Part shown: positions 34,889 to 49,528 of the stretch, piece by piece | How the letters are laid out: the number at the start of each line of letters is the position of its first letter | Position numbering within the stretch: position 1 is the first letter of the stretch | Origin: Podarcis gaigeae | Taxonomy: Eukaryota | Reading direction: 5' to 3' (one strand) | DNA length: 64,000 bases | Assembly: GCA_964106915.2 (NCBI GenBank) | Contig: OZ066923.1 | Program-made: the position numbers and the translations under genes | Notes under the pieces: generated by a model | The model's input: only the letters and a program-made list of their open reading frames with translations | Told to the model about the DNA's origin: nothing | The model's database searches: none

Positions 34889-37800
34889 ACTCCCTTTTAG
34901 AAAGATAGCCAAACTCTGAATTTGATCATGCTTTTTCCTTTCTTTCAATGTGAAATAAGATGCGGTTAACACAGCATGAATGCATTTTGCAGTTTGTTGC
35001 CCTTGCACAGATTATGTCAATCACCAACCTATTTACTAGAAAAGAACTGTTAAACAAACACAATTTGCATGCCTTTGCTTATGAGAATCCAGTTATTAGC
35101 TACAACAATGTTTTAGGAAGAATCAGTGTCTGGCAAACTCAATGTTAAACTGATTCTCTTTTTTATTGTTCTTTGCTTTCCCCCCAAACATCTTACAATT
35201 GCCTAAATGTAAGATTGCACATGAAGCTGCAGTAGACTTAACTGGGCCACTGGGCCCAGTGTTGTCTACCCCAACTATCAGGGGTTCCCTAGAGTCTCAG
35301 GCAGATGCCTTTCCCAGTCTAATAATGTGAGTCTTTAAATGGAAATGCTGGTCACTAAAAATGGAACTTTCTATAGGCAAATCATATGAGCATTGGAATT
35401 CCCTTTCCAACATTTAAGAGCCTCTTCAATGACCCAGGAAACTTAGTCAATTCTCATCTGTACCAGCCAACATTAGTAACTTTTAATTGAGGGGGCTCAC
35501 ATTGAGGCTGGCACAGAAAGAGTTCCTTTTCCAGTCATTTATGCATCTTTTGCCCGTTAATGTAGTCTTACAATACTGTAGTGCAAGATCAAAATCCTAC
35601 CTATACTGTAGAGAAGCACCATGCACTTTAAAGGTCAAAGGTAAAGCCCTATATATACTAAGGTTTTTTAAGGGAGCGAATAATTTATTTCAGATTGACT
35701 ATCATAAATGAAAACAAATCCTTAGTTATTTTCCCAATGTTATTTAATATGGATTAGACACTTAAGCACTGTTTTGCTCCGACACAGTGTTAAGAATGTT
35801 TCTTACTAAATGTTCAGAGAAAACTTTGCTAACTATGCTTTCACTATAAAAAAAATCAAGTTAATCAACATAGGAAGAGCACTACTAATCCAAAGGCTTA
35901 CGTAGCCCAGCATTCCATTCTTACACTGGACTATCATATGCTTATGAATCCTGCCAGAAGGAACTGAGTCCATTGAGAATTCAGAATCACCAATACAAAA
36001 TCCTATAATTCAAAATAATTTAATCCGAGATCATTGAAAGTACATACAAATGTTCACCAAAGGTGATCTTAGCAGGATCTGTTCTTCCACAATAAACACC
36101 TACCTGCAACACAGCCAAGCTGCTAGGTTAAAAATCAAGAGATGGGGTGGTGGAGGTAAAGAGGAAGAATAGAGAAAAGAGGCAGATCAATTCTTAGTGA
36201 GTTTACTTTCTCTCCTTCTCACCAGTTTGGCAATCTTCCCATCTGTCAATATATTGCTTTTGGTTTTAAAAGAGATCTGGGAGAAAGCAACAGTTCAAAC
36301 ATAAATGAAAAGGGTACAGTTCCTTCCCTTTGTTTCCTGCAAGAATGAACAGAGAAGCTACGTAAGTGACTCAAGCAGGTCTTAAGATGGTCACTGGAGT
36401 AGGTCACTAACCCAGCTTACAGGTTCTGTACTATTCAAAGCTGCTCACACTAAAGCAGCACACCAGCATCCATACATCATCACTTACGCATGCTAGAACT
36501 CACCTCCACGTAAGGCTTTATATTGGTTAAGAGACCCACTCAAAAGTCACTAATGACCCATCAGAATGTATTTGCAACTCTAGAATACTTGGTACACACT
36601 TATTCAAGCACACTGCTTACCGAGAAAATTCAGAATTTAACAGAAAATACAAATATACGAACTTGAGTCCATTGTGCTGCCTAAAACTGCAGCCAGTTAT
36701 TCTACAAAAGTTGTATGTGATAAACTGAATGGATTGCTGCCATCAAACAAGGAGGCATCTTCCTGGTTAAAATATGCAACGCAGTGTAGCAGAGATGAAA
36801 GGACAGGGTGTGTTTGTTTGCCCTGCCTACAATTCCTGAGCCTTTTCCACTTCCCTTCATTCTCAGCTAAGGAAGCTGTTTAGGCTTGCAATTTTACTTA
36901 AACATATATCTACCTCAAAACAGTTAAAACCCAGAAAGAGCTTTCAAAGAAAGGAGATTCCTTGTGCACTTTCAATAATGCACAAACTTTGGGTCTCACT
37001 ATACTAGATCTGACAACAAAAAGAGGACCTAAGCAAGCAAGCAAAGCAAGCAGTTTTCTATACTATATGGAAGCATGGTTCCACATACTCTGCATGAAAA
37101 CCTGCCTGAATAGCAGCTACAGCAATTCACATCATTAAAGATTCAGATGGTTCTTTTGCTCTACGCACTTGGATCTAGCTGTCAACATTTGTTAAAACAG
37201 TAACTCCCCACAAGTGTATTAAAGCCCTTTAATACAGTTTGTAGACTGCAATGAGCTTGTCTACCAAGGATGCACCCTTTTACAACGAAAGTTTAATAAC
37301 CTACCCCTAGGTTTCAAGTTCGGCCAGCAGAGTATCCCTTCCCCCACAGTTTTTCTAGTGTCTGTCTTGATCATAACATGCTCATACTTTGTGCCGGTAT
37401 ACCTAGCTCAAGCTCTTCCACCTCATTCCTCCCTTATGAGTGGAGAAACAGACCGCTGGAAGGCTGGCTTAGTGTTGGATCTGAACCAGCACTTGTGATT
37501 TGTTTCTCTTCAAAAAAACATAGTCAGGAAGCCTAGAACAAGCATTGGCCTTAGGCTGGTTTGTTTGAAAAGCATAAAGCCACACGCACTACTTTGAGCA
37601 TAATGTTAAGCCAGCTACTCCATAGTTTGTCTGGGGACATATTATCTGGGGACCTATTAATCTGGGGATATTTATAGTACAGAAACTCACATTGGTCTTT
37701 ATGGCAATACCTAACAGATACATGTTCCTTCCTTTCAGCCACAGAAAGCAATTATTAGGCAAAAACGAGAGAGGTAGGTTGTTTAAGTGTACAAATAGTA

Positions 37801-38699
37801 AAGTCAGGTCACCCATGTTCTCTTTCCCAAATACTGCATTTGCAGATAAATTATTGCAATGCGGTTCATTGGGAAGAGGGGAAGAGAAGCAAAGCGAAAC
37901 ATTTCAAGCCTACAACAGAGATTGCAGTATCTTGCAGCAATGTGACTCTGGAAGGAAGCTGTTCATCTAATTGATCACAAGGATATTTTGATTGGCTGCC
38001 AAATGGCTACATGGGCATGTTTGGTTCCAGGGACTCTGCAGCCTCATCACAATAGAGGTGAAGTGGGCAACATGTCACTCTGCAAGCAGACCATCTGGAT
38101 GCAGTTAATTGCTATTCTGAAGTCAAATGCAGAGTGTAGCCATTTTGTCTTCAGAACTGGTGTTCAAGGTCACAGTGATCTATACTGACCTTCAACTATT
38201 AAGTCTTTTAAATGCTGCAAGTTGCAGAAGATCAACTAAGTCTCACTGCTTTTTTGGAGAAATAAACTCATGGGGAAAGGTCGGTACAAGTCAGGCAAAG
38301 TTTAACAGTTAAAAGAACGCTTAGGATTTGTAGAAAAGGGTGTGGGTGTAAATGATACTCTAGTAGTTAGTGGGCATTACCATACCAATCAAGATAGCTT
38401 CCCCACACATGGCATGACTGAGGACACAACTCTACTCCCATTAGTATAAAAAAACTGCCCATGACAACAGCCATCATGGGACTAAGCACTAACATCACTC
38501 AAAAGAACACCCTGCCTTCAGGACAAAGGCATTCAGAATTCAAACAAGATGAAAAATAATGGAAAAGATAAGGCATAACAAAAAGAGTAGAGAGGGATGA
38601 AATGAGTATAAGAGTTGTTATGAGAGTCCAGAAACCCTTTGTAAGAAATGGGGAAGAGGAGAGAACTGGCATGACTGGAGTGTACACATACTCCTTATA

Positions 38700-39005
38700 A
38701 AATAAGCTAGACAGGCTCCCTGCTTGTTGTCCTTCCACCGACAGGTGAAGACTTTCTTTTTCAAAGAGGCTTTTGGAAACTGACTGCTTTTAATGAAAGG
38801 GCTGGTGCAGTGCTGTTTTTATTGTAATTATTGGTATGGTTTTAATATATTTTATATACGTATATAGTTTTAATTCTATCAAGGTTTTGTTGTTTTATCA
38901 TTATTATTTTTTCAATGTTTTTAGTGGTTCTAATTTTTATCTGTAAGCCGCCTTGAGTCCTGTCATGAAAAAGGCAGGTTATGTATAAATAAATAAAAGA
39001 ATAAA
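38700..39005 (+). mobile_element. L2-like LINE 3' end; homologous copy at ~44170-44505
   Basis: The two copies align (ttgtccttc..c.gc/acaggtgaagactttctt...aggcttttgg...ttttaatgaaag...atctgtaa.c.gccttgag...ataaataaa). Confidence 0.6.
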
Positions 39006-42000
39006 TAGCCGCTTAGTACAGGCAAAGGCAGGCACTAGACATTGAGGGGGGTAATTGTGAGACAGAATGAAGTTAGAGCCCTTATATTAGTATATCACAC
39101 ATTAACTGGTCTCCTTCAGTTATCAACGCAACTTAACAGAAGTCATGAGGGATCTGTCTCATGAAGAAAAAGGACAATGGATCTACTGATCAAAATATGA
39201 TGTCTGCAAGATACAACAAACTCGTGAGGCAACCTAAAGGCTAAAAGATTGATTGTGGCATAAGCTTTTCATTGGCAGCCATGAAACTCCACTACCCCTC
39301 TGGAATGTGTTAACAGGAATCAGAACTGTTCTCTGATCATGGGAGAGCTTATTACATATTTCAGGTTTTCTTTTCTTTTTCTTCTTAAAGCCTACAAATC
39401 ACAAGCTTTATGATAATTTGTGTCTGGGCTTAAGCAGGCATATTAAAGAGCTCCTTTGCTGCAAAGTATTTTTTCTTCCTGCGTGTTCACACATATTTCA
39501 GGTCACAGCAAATCTGTTTGCTGGTGTTCAACAGCAATGCAAGAGATGGCTGTGTATGCATCTTATCTGGGAAATGACTGTGGCATTCTGACACTGGGCA
39601 GACTGAAGAACAGCACCTGCCCAAGAAGGCTCTTCCCCACCTCTTTTGTCCATATGCTAATTCCAAAAGCAGCTGTGCATGAGAGTGACAGGCTGCCTGG
39701 CATTTGACTTGCTAAGTAAAGCAACACTTCATATGCAAAGGGGGGGGGGATATGGGGGAAGGGAGAGAAAACAGGCTTATGAAGCATGCTAAATGGAAAG
39801 AAGATACATAAGAAATTATACTGCTCCAGAAAACCCTGCTTTCACCACCAGTAATTGCCAAAATACCTTTGCTAGCTCCCCCTTCTACCTGCTGCCAGAA
39901 AATGGAAATGTGATCTATTTGCTTGATGCAGTGTAACCTCTCTTACATTGCAGGAGTAAATGAACCCAATGCCTTCTTGTCTTTCTCCTACAATCAAACT
40001 AGGATCTCAACAAGTTATGGTTTATAAAAGCAACTGATGAGCAGCAGTTGGAAGCTGGGATAGGAATGCTAGGAGCCATGTGGCTCCTGGGACCTAGGTT
40101 GTGGGCACCAACACAAAATGTCTAGCTGCCTTTTTTTCCGCTGCGGGGGGGGGGGGGGAGTTGCCAAGAGAATCAGGGGGTCTGCAGGGTAGTGCAGCAG
40201 CAAAAGACATGTCTTTTGCTACTGCATTATCCTTCCAAACACCTGATTCACCTGGCAGCAGAAAAGGTGCATTTTTTGCTGCGCTGTGCCCGGCAGACGA
40301 GCTGACTGCAGCCAGGCAGCTGGAGATGCTAAGCACCAAGTGTGGCTCCTGGACATCTCCATCCAGTCGCAAAAGATCAGTTGCCAATTTAGACTAAGCT
40401 ACACAAGCAACACCACACTACACAACTTTCTATGTTAAGTGAAAAAGTCCAGGACATTGCATAGCAAACCTGGTAAAAATAATGACAAAAGCGTATCCAC
40501 CAAATCTCCACCTGCTTGTTTTTTTAAGATGTATTATGTGAAAACTTTTAAAGATGTATTATGTGAAAATTTAATTAAAATATTTTTAAAAAAACAAAAC
40601 GCCACTGACCTCCATAGAGTAAGTTCCTGTTTACTTCTAAAATGGCTGCCTCTTCCCTCAAGAGGCCAATAAATTGGCAGAACCATGCATTGTGTCCACA
40701 CATGATTACCTTTCAGATACTGGCCTTTAAAAATTATTTTTAAAGTTCAGAGAGGAGGGAATCCTAGAAAGTAATATTTGTTGCTATGAAGGCAGCAATA
40801 GCTCATCACTCATTGAGTAAAAGAAAACACAGAGGAGAAGCAGCAACAAGAGAAAAAAATACCAAGGGCATATATGGAACTTGCCTTTGCTGTATCCAAG
40901 ACACTGAGACAATTCTAAGCGTTTACTTTCCAAAACCAGTTCACTATATTAAAACAATGCAAAAGCAGGATCTAAAAGTGGAGAAGTTGTCCTATCATAA
41001 CCAAAAAAAGGAGAACATGGCAGTTGAGAGATTGTGGGATGTAGTGTAGAGGCAGGGAAAGAAGGATTGTCTGAGCATGTTATTTACAGAAATACAAAAC
41101 CTTCATAAGGTGCAAAGATGAGTAGCTGCCATGCCTTGTCTCTTACATTTTTTATTTATTTTTTAATAAAAATGTTTATATGTCACTGTACCATAAAAAT
41201 GTATCACGGCGGTTTATAGCAATATAAAAACACAAAACTAGATAGTAAAAGCACAAAGAGCTAAAAACAAGTTAAAAGAAATAGTTGTAATAAACAAACA
41301 AACAAAGAATATAATGGCATACAGCAGGTTGACCTGCCTCTTCCACACCAGGATGCAAAAGAAAGCAACAGGTTTCCAATGCCTTTCCTTAAGGATGAAC
41401 TCTAAATCCCTTGTTCTTAAGTATTCATGTCAGTATTTTTTATTTGGTTTCTATTCTTTTCCTTCCCATTTTTACTATGCTTGAGCACAGTTTTTTCACT
41501 TTCAAAGTAGGCTTACTAATGGATTCTTTCCCAAAGGTCAAACAGCTGAATCCAAGAGTCATGGAGGCCCTGGCTGCTTGACAAATGTTCCAGCTGGGTA
41601 TCTGCCATGAAGAAGCCTTCCACTGACTGAAGAGTCAAGTGCTGCGCTTCATTATCCTCTGCACAGTACCAAATGCTTCAGAGCAAAGGACCCAAAATTT
41701 CACAGACACGCTTCTAGGCCACACACTGCAAGTGCACAGAGCACCACAGATGCAGGAACTTTTAGACAAAAACCACCATCAATCAAGAGCAGAGGGCTGT
41801 GGGAGCTAGGGGGGAAATGTGAAGAAAACAGCCTTTTGTTCCCTCTCTGTCATTGGAGGATTATAGAAAAAAGGGAGAGAGTCAAGTGCAGGTTTTCAGG
41901 GCTGTACATAAAAAGCCCATTCATCAGGTGATAAAAGTCACATGCATTTGATTGTGTCAGTTTAACAAAGTCACAGTGAGAACCATTTCTTTAGGAGATA

Positions 42001-43020
42001 TCAGTGACTGAAGAACAGCAGGGAGAACAAAGACACTCCAACCATTCAAATAGCAAAGGGCAAAGGAAGATAAATGCCATGAAGGAGGCCAGACAGTCCG
42101 GCACAGGGCAGAAAAAAGCACCAACAGCTTAAGAAAACGTGAATATTCACTAGAGCTACTTCTGCCAACCTGGTGCCCTCCATACATTTAGGACTAAATT
42201 TCCCATTAGCCCCAGCCAGCATGCTGACTGGGCAAAATGTCAAGGGGGCACTAGGTTAGCAAAGGTTTACACCCACCACAGTGAAAATAAAAATGTGTAC
42301 AATAAATAATCCAACTATCATTTGCATGCCTGAAGACAGTCAGAATTATCACCAGGCACCCCACAAGCTTTCTTTCTTGGAGAAGTACTCCAATACCACT
42401 GTGGAAAAGATGTGCTTTCCTCCGTCAGAGGGAAACAGACACAAGGTAGGGTAAAGGTGATCCAATAAGCGTCACTCAGCTTTAAAAGAGGAAGTCTTGC
42501 TGATTTCAAAACGTATTTTAAGTAAACATGCTGAGTATGACAGACTTCAGAATAAAAACTTGCCAAACTATTTCTCCATAGAAAAGGAAACTGAACACAC
42601 AAGCAGTACCAAATACAAATGCATTTCACAGTGCTTAGGCACGCAATGTGGATAACTGACATTTCCTTTTTCAAGAGTGTTTTGTTAAGTGCCTGAACAT
42701 TAACAGAAAAAATGCCAATTGTCGGAATTAACAAAAAGGTGCTGCTAAAAAAATTCTGATACAAGAGCTTTTCATCACCATGATGTGCCCTCCCCAACAG
42801 ACACTTCAAAGGAAACAGGTCTAGCATTGTCACAACACTGTTAATACTCATAACGCTTTACGGTTAAGATTTCTGTCTTGAAGCTGGATAGGCAAGATCA
42901 ATTGGGAGAATTAGAGGGCCACTTCAGACCCACCTCCCACAAGCTTGCCTTACTATCACAGACTAGCCCATTCACCTCAAGTCTCTATGGGAAGGATCAG
43001 CAGCAGCTAACATCACTGTA

Positions 43021-43377
43021 AAAGGTAAAGGTAAAGGTACCCCTGCCCGTACGGGCCAGTCTTGACAGACTCTGGGGTTGGTGCGCCCATCTCACTCAAG
43101 AGGCCGGGGGCCAGCGCTGTCCGGAGACACTTCCGGGTCACGTGGCCAGCGTGACAAAGCTGCATCTGGCGAGCCAGAGCCACACACGGAAACGCCGTTT
43201 ACCTTCCCGCTGGTAAGCGGTCCCTATTTATCTACTTGCACCCGGAGGTGCTTTCGAACTGCTAGGTTGGCAGGCGCTGGGACCGAGCAGCGGGAGCGCA
43301 CCCCGCCACAGGGATTCGAACCGCCGACCTTTCGATCGGCAAGTCCTAGGCGCTGAGGCTTTAACCCACAGCGCCAC
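43021..43377 (-). mobile_element. Young, CpG-rich Sauria SINE of a distinct subfamily
   Basis: (AAAGGT)3 tail, intact core tatttatctacttgcac...gctttcgaactgctaggttggcagg and B-box gggattcgaacc. CpGs are retained. Confidence 0.9.
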
Positions 43378-44965
43378 ATGTGCCATTTATTCTGGGTGGG
43401 GCCTGTGCTGGCACAAAGTGATTATACAGTGGCAAAGTGAAGAAAGGAAGCAGTGCAGATAAATTTTCAAGGAGGAAGGAGGAAGACAACTTAATAGCAT
43501 GGGCCAGGTATAAGGCAGCTTTTGATTTGACGTTCCTTCCTAAAATTGAAAACCTTCTGTAACACCTACACCCCTCACTTCGGCTGAGGCTGCCTTCTAA
43601 AATTGTAGATCCAGAATCTCTTACTTAATGGTGTATTTTTCATTTGATAATGAAGGGGGAGGGAGGAAAGAGAAAGAGGATTAAGAGTGCACAATCCTAT
43701 GTATTTCACTCAGTAGTAAGTTATGCTGAATTCAAGGCAGCTTACTCTCATTTGTGTGCAAGATGGGAGGCGAGGGAGGGGGAAGGAGGGTTCTGAGCAT
43801 TATTTTCACTTGAAAATCCTGTGACACTTCCAAGTATAGCAGATCTACAAGACCGAGGTTCTGAAAATGCCTGAACAGTATTTAATAATAATGGTTCTGT
43901 TCTGAGAGTGCCTGTTGGAATCATGCATAGGATTAGGCTGCAAGAATATCAAAATGAAGCATGCCTGCTTTCATTCTTTCCTTTTCTACTATTAAGTATC
44001 AGATACTTTCACTTGGGCTAATCAGTGTGGGGACGATGTATCCGAGAATGGAGGGTTGGCGAGAACTTCTAAAAGGTATCCTTTCTGTACTTAGAACAAT
44101 ATAAACAATAATAATCACTGTAACCAGGTTTTATGTAGTAATTTTAGAGCTTGGTGTTAATAAAACCAAGGTCCTTCTTGGTGGCTGCTCCCAGACTTTG
44201 GAACCCCCTACCTAGAGCAGTTAGACTGGTTCTCTCCTGGTTGTCCTTCTGCCAGCAAGTGAAGACTTTCTTGTTCCAACAGGCTTTTGGGAAATGACTA
44301 CTTTTAATGAAAGAGTTAGCACCGTGCTATTTTATCGTAATTATTTGTATAATGTTAATAGATTTATATATGTATATAGTCTTAATTCTATCAGTGTTGA
44401 ATTGTTTATTATAGATTGTTTTTTCTATGTTTTAAACAGTTCCTATTTTTATCTGTAAACTGCCTTGAGAGTCCCGTCAGGGAAAAGGGCAAAGTATAAA
44501 TAAAGTAACACAGGTGTAAATTGTGTTGCCGTACAAGCAGACCACTTCAGTGTATGGTTTTATCAGAAGATGCAGCTGGTAATCAAAACTAGCTCTGTCG
44601 CCAAGCAGTCACTCCCAGTAGTGGCCAGATGTGGCAAAAGAAAAAGAAAGAGTAGATCCCACAAACCAAAAGCTTGCCCCCTCCATTTGAAGTATCTGTT
44701 CCTTTGTGTAAGTTTGCTTTCTCTAACTACTAATTCAGTGCTTATTTCCTATGCTCTTAGCCACTTCTTTTCTGCACCTGCACAAAATTTATTAGTAAGG
44801 ATGGGTACATCCAGTCCATTCTGTGACAGGAATGCAGCCAAAACATGTCACTGATCACTATATTTAGCAGATCAATTCTGTTTAAACCAGTATTATAAAT
44901 CTACACTACTACAGTTGTGTTAGTAGTATTCATTTTAGCAAGTACAAGCTACTAAGTACTATATA

Positions 44966-45218
44966 AAAAAAGGTAAAGGGACCCCTGACCGCTAAGTCCA
45001 GTCGCAGACGACTGTGGGGTTGTGGTGCTCATCTCGCTTTACTGGCCAAGGAAGCCGGCATTTGTCCGCAGACAGCTTCTGGGTCATGTGGCCAGCATGA
45101 CTAAGCCACTTCTGGCGAACCAGAGCAGTACATGGAAATGCTGTTTACCTTCCCGCTGGAGCGGTACCTATTTATCTACTTGCACTCTGGCATGCTTTCG
45201 AACTGCTAGGTGGGCAGG
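44966..45218 (-). mobile_element. 5'-truncated Sauria SINE with 12-bp TSD
   Basis: TSD AAGTACTATATA at 44954-44965 and 45219-45230. The tRNA head is missing. Confidence 0.9.
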
Positions 45219-46459
45219 AAGTACTATATATACTCTGGCCTTAAAGACTGTAGACAAGCTTCAAAGCTCAGCAGTCTAAAGTCACCCAGATAACAGTTAC
45301 CCACAGAACAGACTGTTCATCTGCCAGTGAACTATATTCATTCTTAGAAGTTGCACAACAGGCTTTAAATGAACCCTACATCAAAGCACTGGCATTAGAC
45401 ATATTGTTAGAAACAGAAAACCTGAAGCCACTTACCTTTTTTCCTTTACAAAGTTTTTAGGCAATTCCACATACATGTAATATTTGTTTGTGCCAATGTA
45501 TTATGCCACCCAAACCTTAGCAGTGGTCCCAAACAGAACTTAAAGTCAGAGTGAACTTACAAAAGTTCTTATACTTAATTACATACAAAAATATATGTTC
45601 TCTTCTGATTTGGGGGAAGGAGGAAAAGGGGAATTTCCTGTAATGATTAGAAAGCCAATTACATTTATTAAGCACCTTATAGTCATTATGATACTGACTG
45701 CTAAACCATCAGCCTAGCAATGGATTTAAATGATACCATTAACACTCCTGCCTGGAAGTAAACAGACCTTCTAAATCACTTGGCTGAGTGTTGGAAAAAC
45801 TAGGATAGGATCATTGGACTGCTTTATGTGTGTGTTTATATATTGGTACATCAACTAGAACTGATACAAGGAAGCTAAATTGAAGGGTTATTGTTTCTTG
45901 GGTTTTCTCCCAATCACACAACTGAAGGAGGCACTGTTCTACTTGCACCCTGTGTTCATATGTGGAGGCCAAACCAAACACTCTTGGATCCAACAATCCT
46001 CTTGGATTCCTAGGTAGCAGCCTGTGACAAAGGACTTTACAGCAACTTTGGAGGTAGACTGATTGTGGCCCTCTCTCAAAACCCTTACAACTTATTATAA
46101 GCCCTGGTAATCAGTTCACCTTCTTTTGAGATTCTTGTGCAGGGTTGTCCCTGGAGACAGTTCAAGAACTTCAGTTGCTCCAGTACACAGTGGTAAGATT
46201 TGTCAAGATTCTCCAACATGAAGCATATTTGACACACACAGTAACAGAACCACTAGTTATCTTTTCATTTCTGGGATAAATTAAAGATGCTGGGGTGTAG
46301 TTGTTTTTAAAATCCCTTAATGGCCTGGGTCTTGGACACTGTGGAATTGCCTTCTCTGATAAGAACCATACCCCTATAATTGTTAACTTATCCCTAAGTT
46401 GTTCAAGGAGGTTTGATGCAACTCCCTGGCTAGATTTCTGAGTACCAATTATTATTTAC

Positions 46460-46627
46460 CTTTTCTAGCTCAGAAGATTCAGGTGGCTCCACTAGGAGGG
46501 GCCCCTGCTCACTGGATTGGTCACTATCAAGGATTTCCTGCCCAGCAGGATCGGGCATGTGTCCCTTCCTGAGCCGTAGTGCTGGCTCCAGAATGCTGCC
46601 ATTCCCGAGATCCGTTGATTCGTTCAT
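46460..46627 (-). CDS. ADIPOR2: ADIPOR2 first coding exon: MNESTDLGNGSILEPALRLRKGHMPDPAGQEILDSDQSSEQGPLLVEPPESSELEK (exon starts at 46695)
   Basis: ATG at 46625-46627. EPALRLRKGH resembles the human N-terminal EPDIRLRKGH. Acceptor tttcctttttcag| at 46696/46695, donor AAG|gtaaat. Total CDS is 1149 nt = 382 aa plus stop. Confidence 0.92.
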
Positions 46628-48317
46628 GGGACCAGGGTCTTCTCAAGAAAGGTTCTTATTTTCTCCGGCAAGAAGCGATGACAGGTTGGCTAGTCCTGAA
46701 AAAGGAAACAAAACTGTCATTGATAAACATGCCAGCTTATAATTACGTTAACATCCAACTTATAGTCACTTTTGAAGATGCTGAAAGCCAATCATAGAGA
46801 ATTCACATTTCCCTAGGACTGAAGTAAATAAGCTTAAGAGGAGCATCTATGGTGTTATGATCAGTTAAGCATGATCACAAGACCAGAGGTTATAACACAA
46901 GGTTCTGTCAACACACCAAAGCATGTGTCTTATACACCTCCTAAAGGGAGTGAAGACTACCAAAAACTAGTCAGAAATACTTGTAAATGTCATCATTTTG
47001 ATAGGAAAATCTTGTACTCAGCTGACATAAGCTTAAACAATTATCTTGAATGGTCTCCACTTCTGTATTGTATGTGCATGTCACAAATGGAAGACAAAGG
47101 TTTTGCAGAGACTTTATAGCTTGTAACTAATCTTCAAGCTTTAATTAGTAAGAAGCTTTAACAGATTAATCAGGCAGGGCAATTTTAATGATGAGTCAGG
47201 GAAGACACCTAGCCATTGTTCAAGGTTGTTCTTGTCTACAGTAAGCCTGCAATTTATATGGGGGCTATGATCTGGGGATCACACCTAAAGCCAAAATTGC
47301 CTATAGTCAAAATCCACTGGGTTCAGTAGCAAGTGGGATTGCCAAAGCCATTATTCCTGAAACCCTGCCCCCTTTCTGCCATGTCATACATAAAGCTGAA
47401 TGTGTGTACATTGCAGGGTTGCTGTCTTAACATACTGGAATAAAAAACTAAATACAGAAAAAGGCCTTTACATTGATGGACAGCTTTTGTATTTTAAGTT
47501 TTCTCTCAAGTCTTATGGCTCTGCATTAAATGTTCAACAATAGGACATTACTGTAACCAGAGCACTAATAAAAGCAGCAGCATGCACTACTTTCAAAAAG
47601 CAGAGAGCCCTTAGAGAATCATGCAATTCACCAAGATGCTTAACTATTTTATATAAAAACAACAACCATCAACCTTTCTTCTGCAGTCTCCTGGAGGAAA
47701 TTTTAATGCCTGACATACTAATACCAAGCATTCCTAGGTCTTTCTGCTTTATGGAGAGGAGCCCATCTGAGGTCACTTTCAATGTAACAATGAGAATGTG
47801 TACAGTTCCTTTTTGTCAATGGGGGAAGTAACACTTTGCTAACAAAGAGACATCAGTAATACCAAGACTCCAGCAGACAGAATGTGTGTCCCCAACAGCT
47901 GCTTTTTGTTACCTGTAAACTGTTGATAAACACAATAGCTGAGTTTTTCAAACAGCAAATTGCCTAGGCAGACAACAAACTATTAACAGACAAAGAAAAA
48001 GGTGTCCAGGGACTAGTAAAATTCCAGAGTTGTCTCCAACACAGAACTTACATACAACATGGCCTCTGATAAAATGCAATGGCAATATGGACAGCCAGTG
48101 TGCCTGGCTGTTAACCAGAAGGTTAGTGGCTCAAGCCCACCCACCAAGGGATGGCTATGGGCAGGATTTCTGCATTGTAGGGGGTTGGACTAGATTATTT
48201 TTAGGGTTCCTTCCAACTCTATAATTCGTGTTTGAGGTTTCTTTTGAGAGCCAGGAGATTATTTACAGAACAGTTCTTAGTAGTGTATAGTGTGTGTATG
48301 TTTGTCTATCTCTCTTT

Positions 48318-48331
48318 CACACACACACACA

Positions 48332-48376
<45 letters not shown>
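48318..48376. repeat. Compound (CA)n(CT)n microsatellite
   Basis: Direct read of the sequence. Confidence 0.95.
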
Positions 48377-48379
<3 letters not shown>

Positions 48380-49528
48380 CCCTGTCAACTCACACTGGCC
48401 AGGGCGGAAGGTGGTTCGAGTTTCACTATGACAGCACCAGGGCTGGTGTAGCTGAGGATCTCTTGGAGATCTGCAGAACTTTGGAATGCCTTCAGCATTC
48501 CATTTCAGGGCTTTCTTGTTAGCTATTACCTTTCTGCCAGATAATGTCAGCAGTAAATAGAGGTGCATACAATATTTAACCTTTAGCACTAGAAGCACAT
48601 TTGCACCTTTGGTCATGGAAATGCTCTTCCGTGTGCCACAGTCATTTTAAGTTATACAACCAAGGATTGAGGCAGCAGATAAGTAAGATTACATCACCCA
48701 TGTTAACTGAAATACATGGCTAGAAAAACACCAGCTCTCCTTTCCACAAATTTGTAAGATTGATAGAAGGAATGTGCATTGAAAAGTGTTACAAAAATGC
48801 TTTCCTGTTCCCTACTTTCTGTTAACAGTTATTGCCATTATTGACCATTAGGGGAAGAGAGTATAAGCATCTTAAAACTCAACTAACTAGCTATCTTAAT
48901 ACTACAGTGATGCAAGCAGAGCAACTTCAGAGTATGCAACAACAGACCTTGAACAACTGGTTCAGACATATACAGCAATTAAAGGGTGTGACTGTCCAGC
49001 AATGTAGCCATTATAGACTAGTAGCTTTTTCATGTGGAATCAGATATAGAACTGTGTTTGCTCTGCTTACAAGTGTGAGGTCATGTGCTAATTTTAGTTA
49101 TAACTTGGGTTTGCAAATTCCAAGTTGCAAAAGGTCTGCCCTTTGTACTTTTTATGCAGTAGAGTTACACAAGAGATAAGATATGTGGTTTATATAATAG
49201 ATTTCTCAGACAATTAGAATCTTGTATGGAAGAGGGCTGAATCACAAAGATAAATACACAAGTTAATATTTGTATAAGTCATGTCCACTGGTACAGGGTG
49301 AACCATATAATGTCATTCTAATATAATGTTACAGTTGAAGAAGGGCATTCTTGGAAATATATTAAGTGATGCTATCTGAACATTAATCCCATATGTACAT
49401 TCCAGATCAAGATAAGAATCAATTCGTGCACTAAAAAAATGCACTTTAGGCAGCATAAATATGGCATGGCTGTGAGCAATGACTCCAATGGAAGATTCAC
49501 AGGCATGGCCTGACAATATTCCTCATAG

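Noticed and set aside
42318-42851. 177-aa ORF on the - strand in an ADIPOR2 intron
   Set aside because: No recognisable family and no splice-compatible role. The hydrophobic bias follows from T-rich composition.
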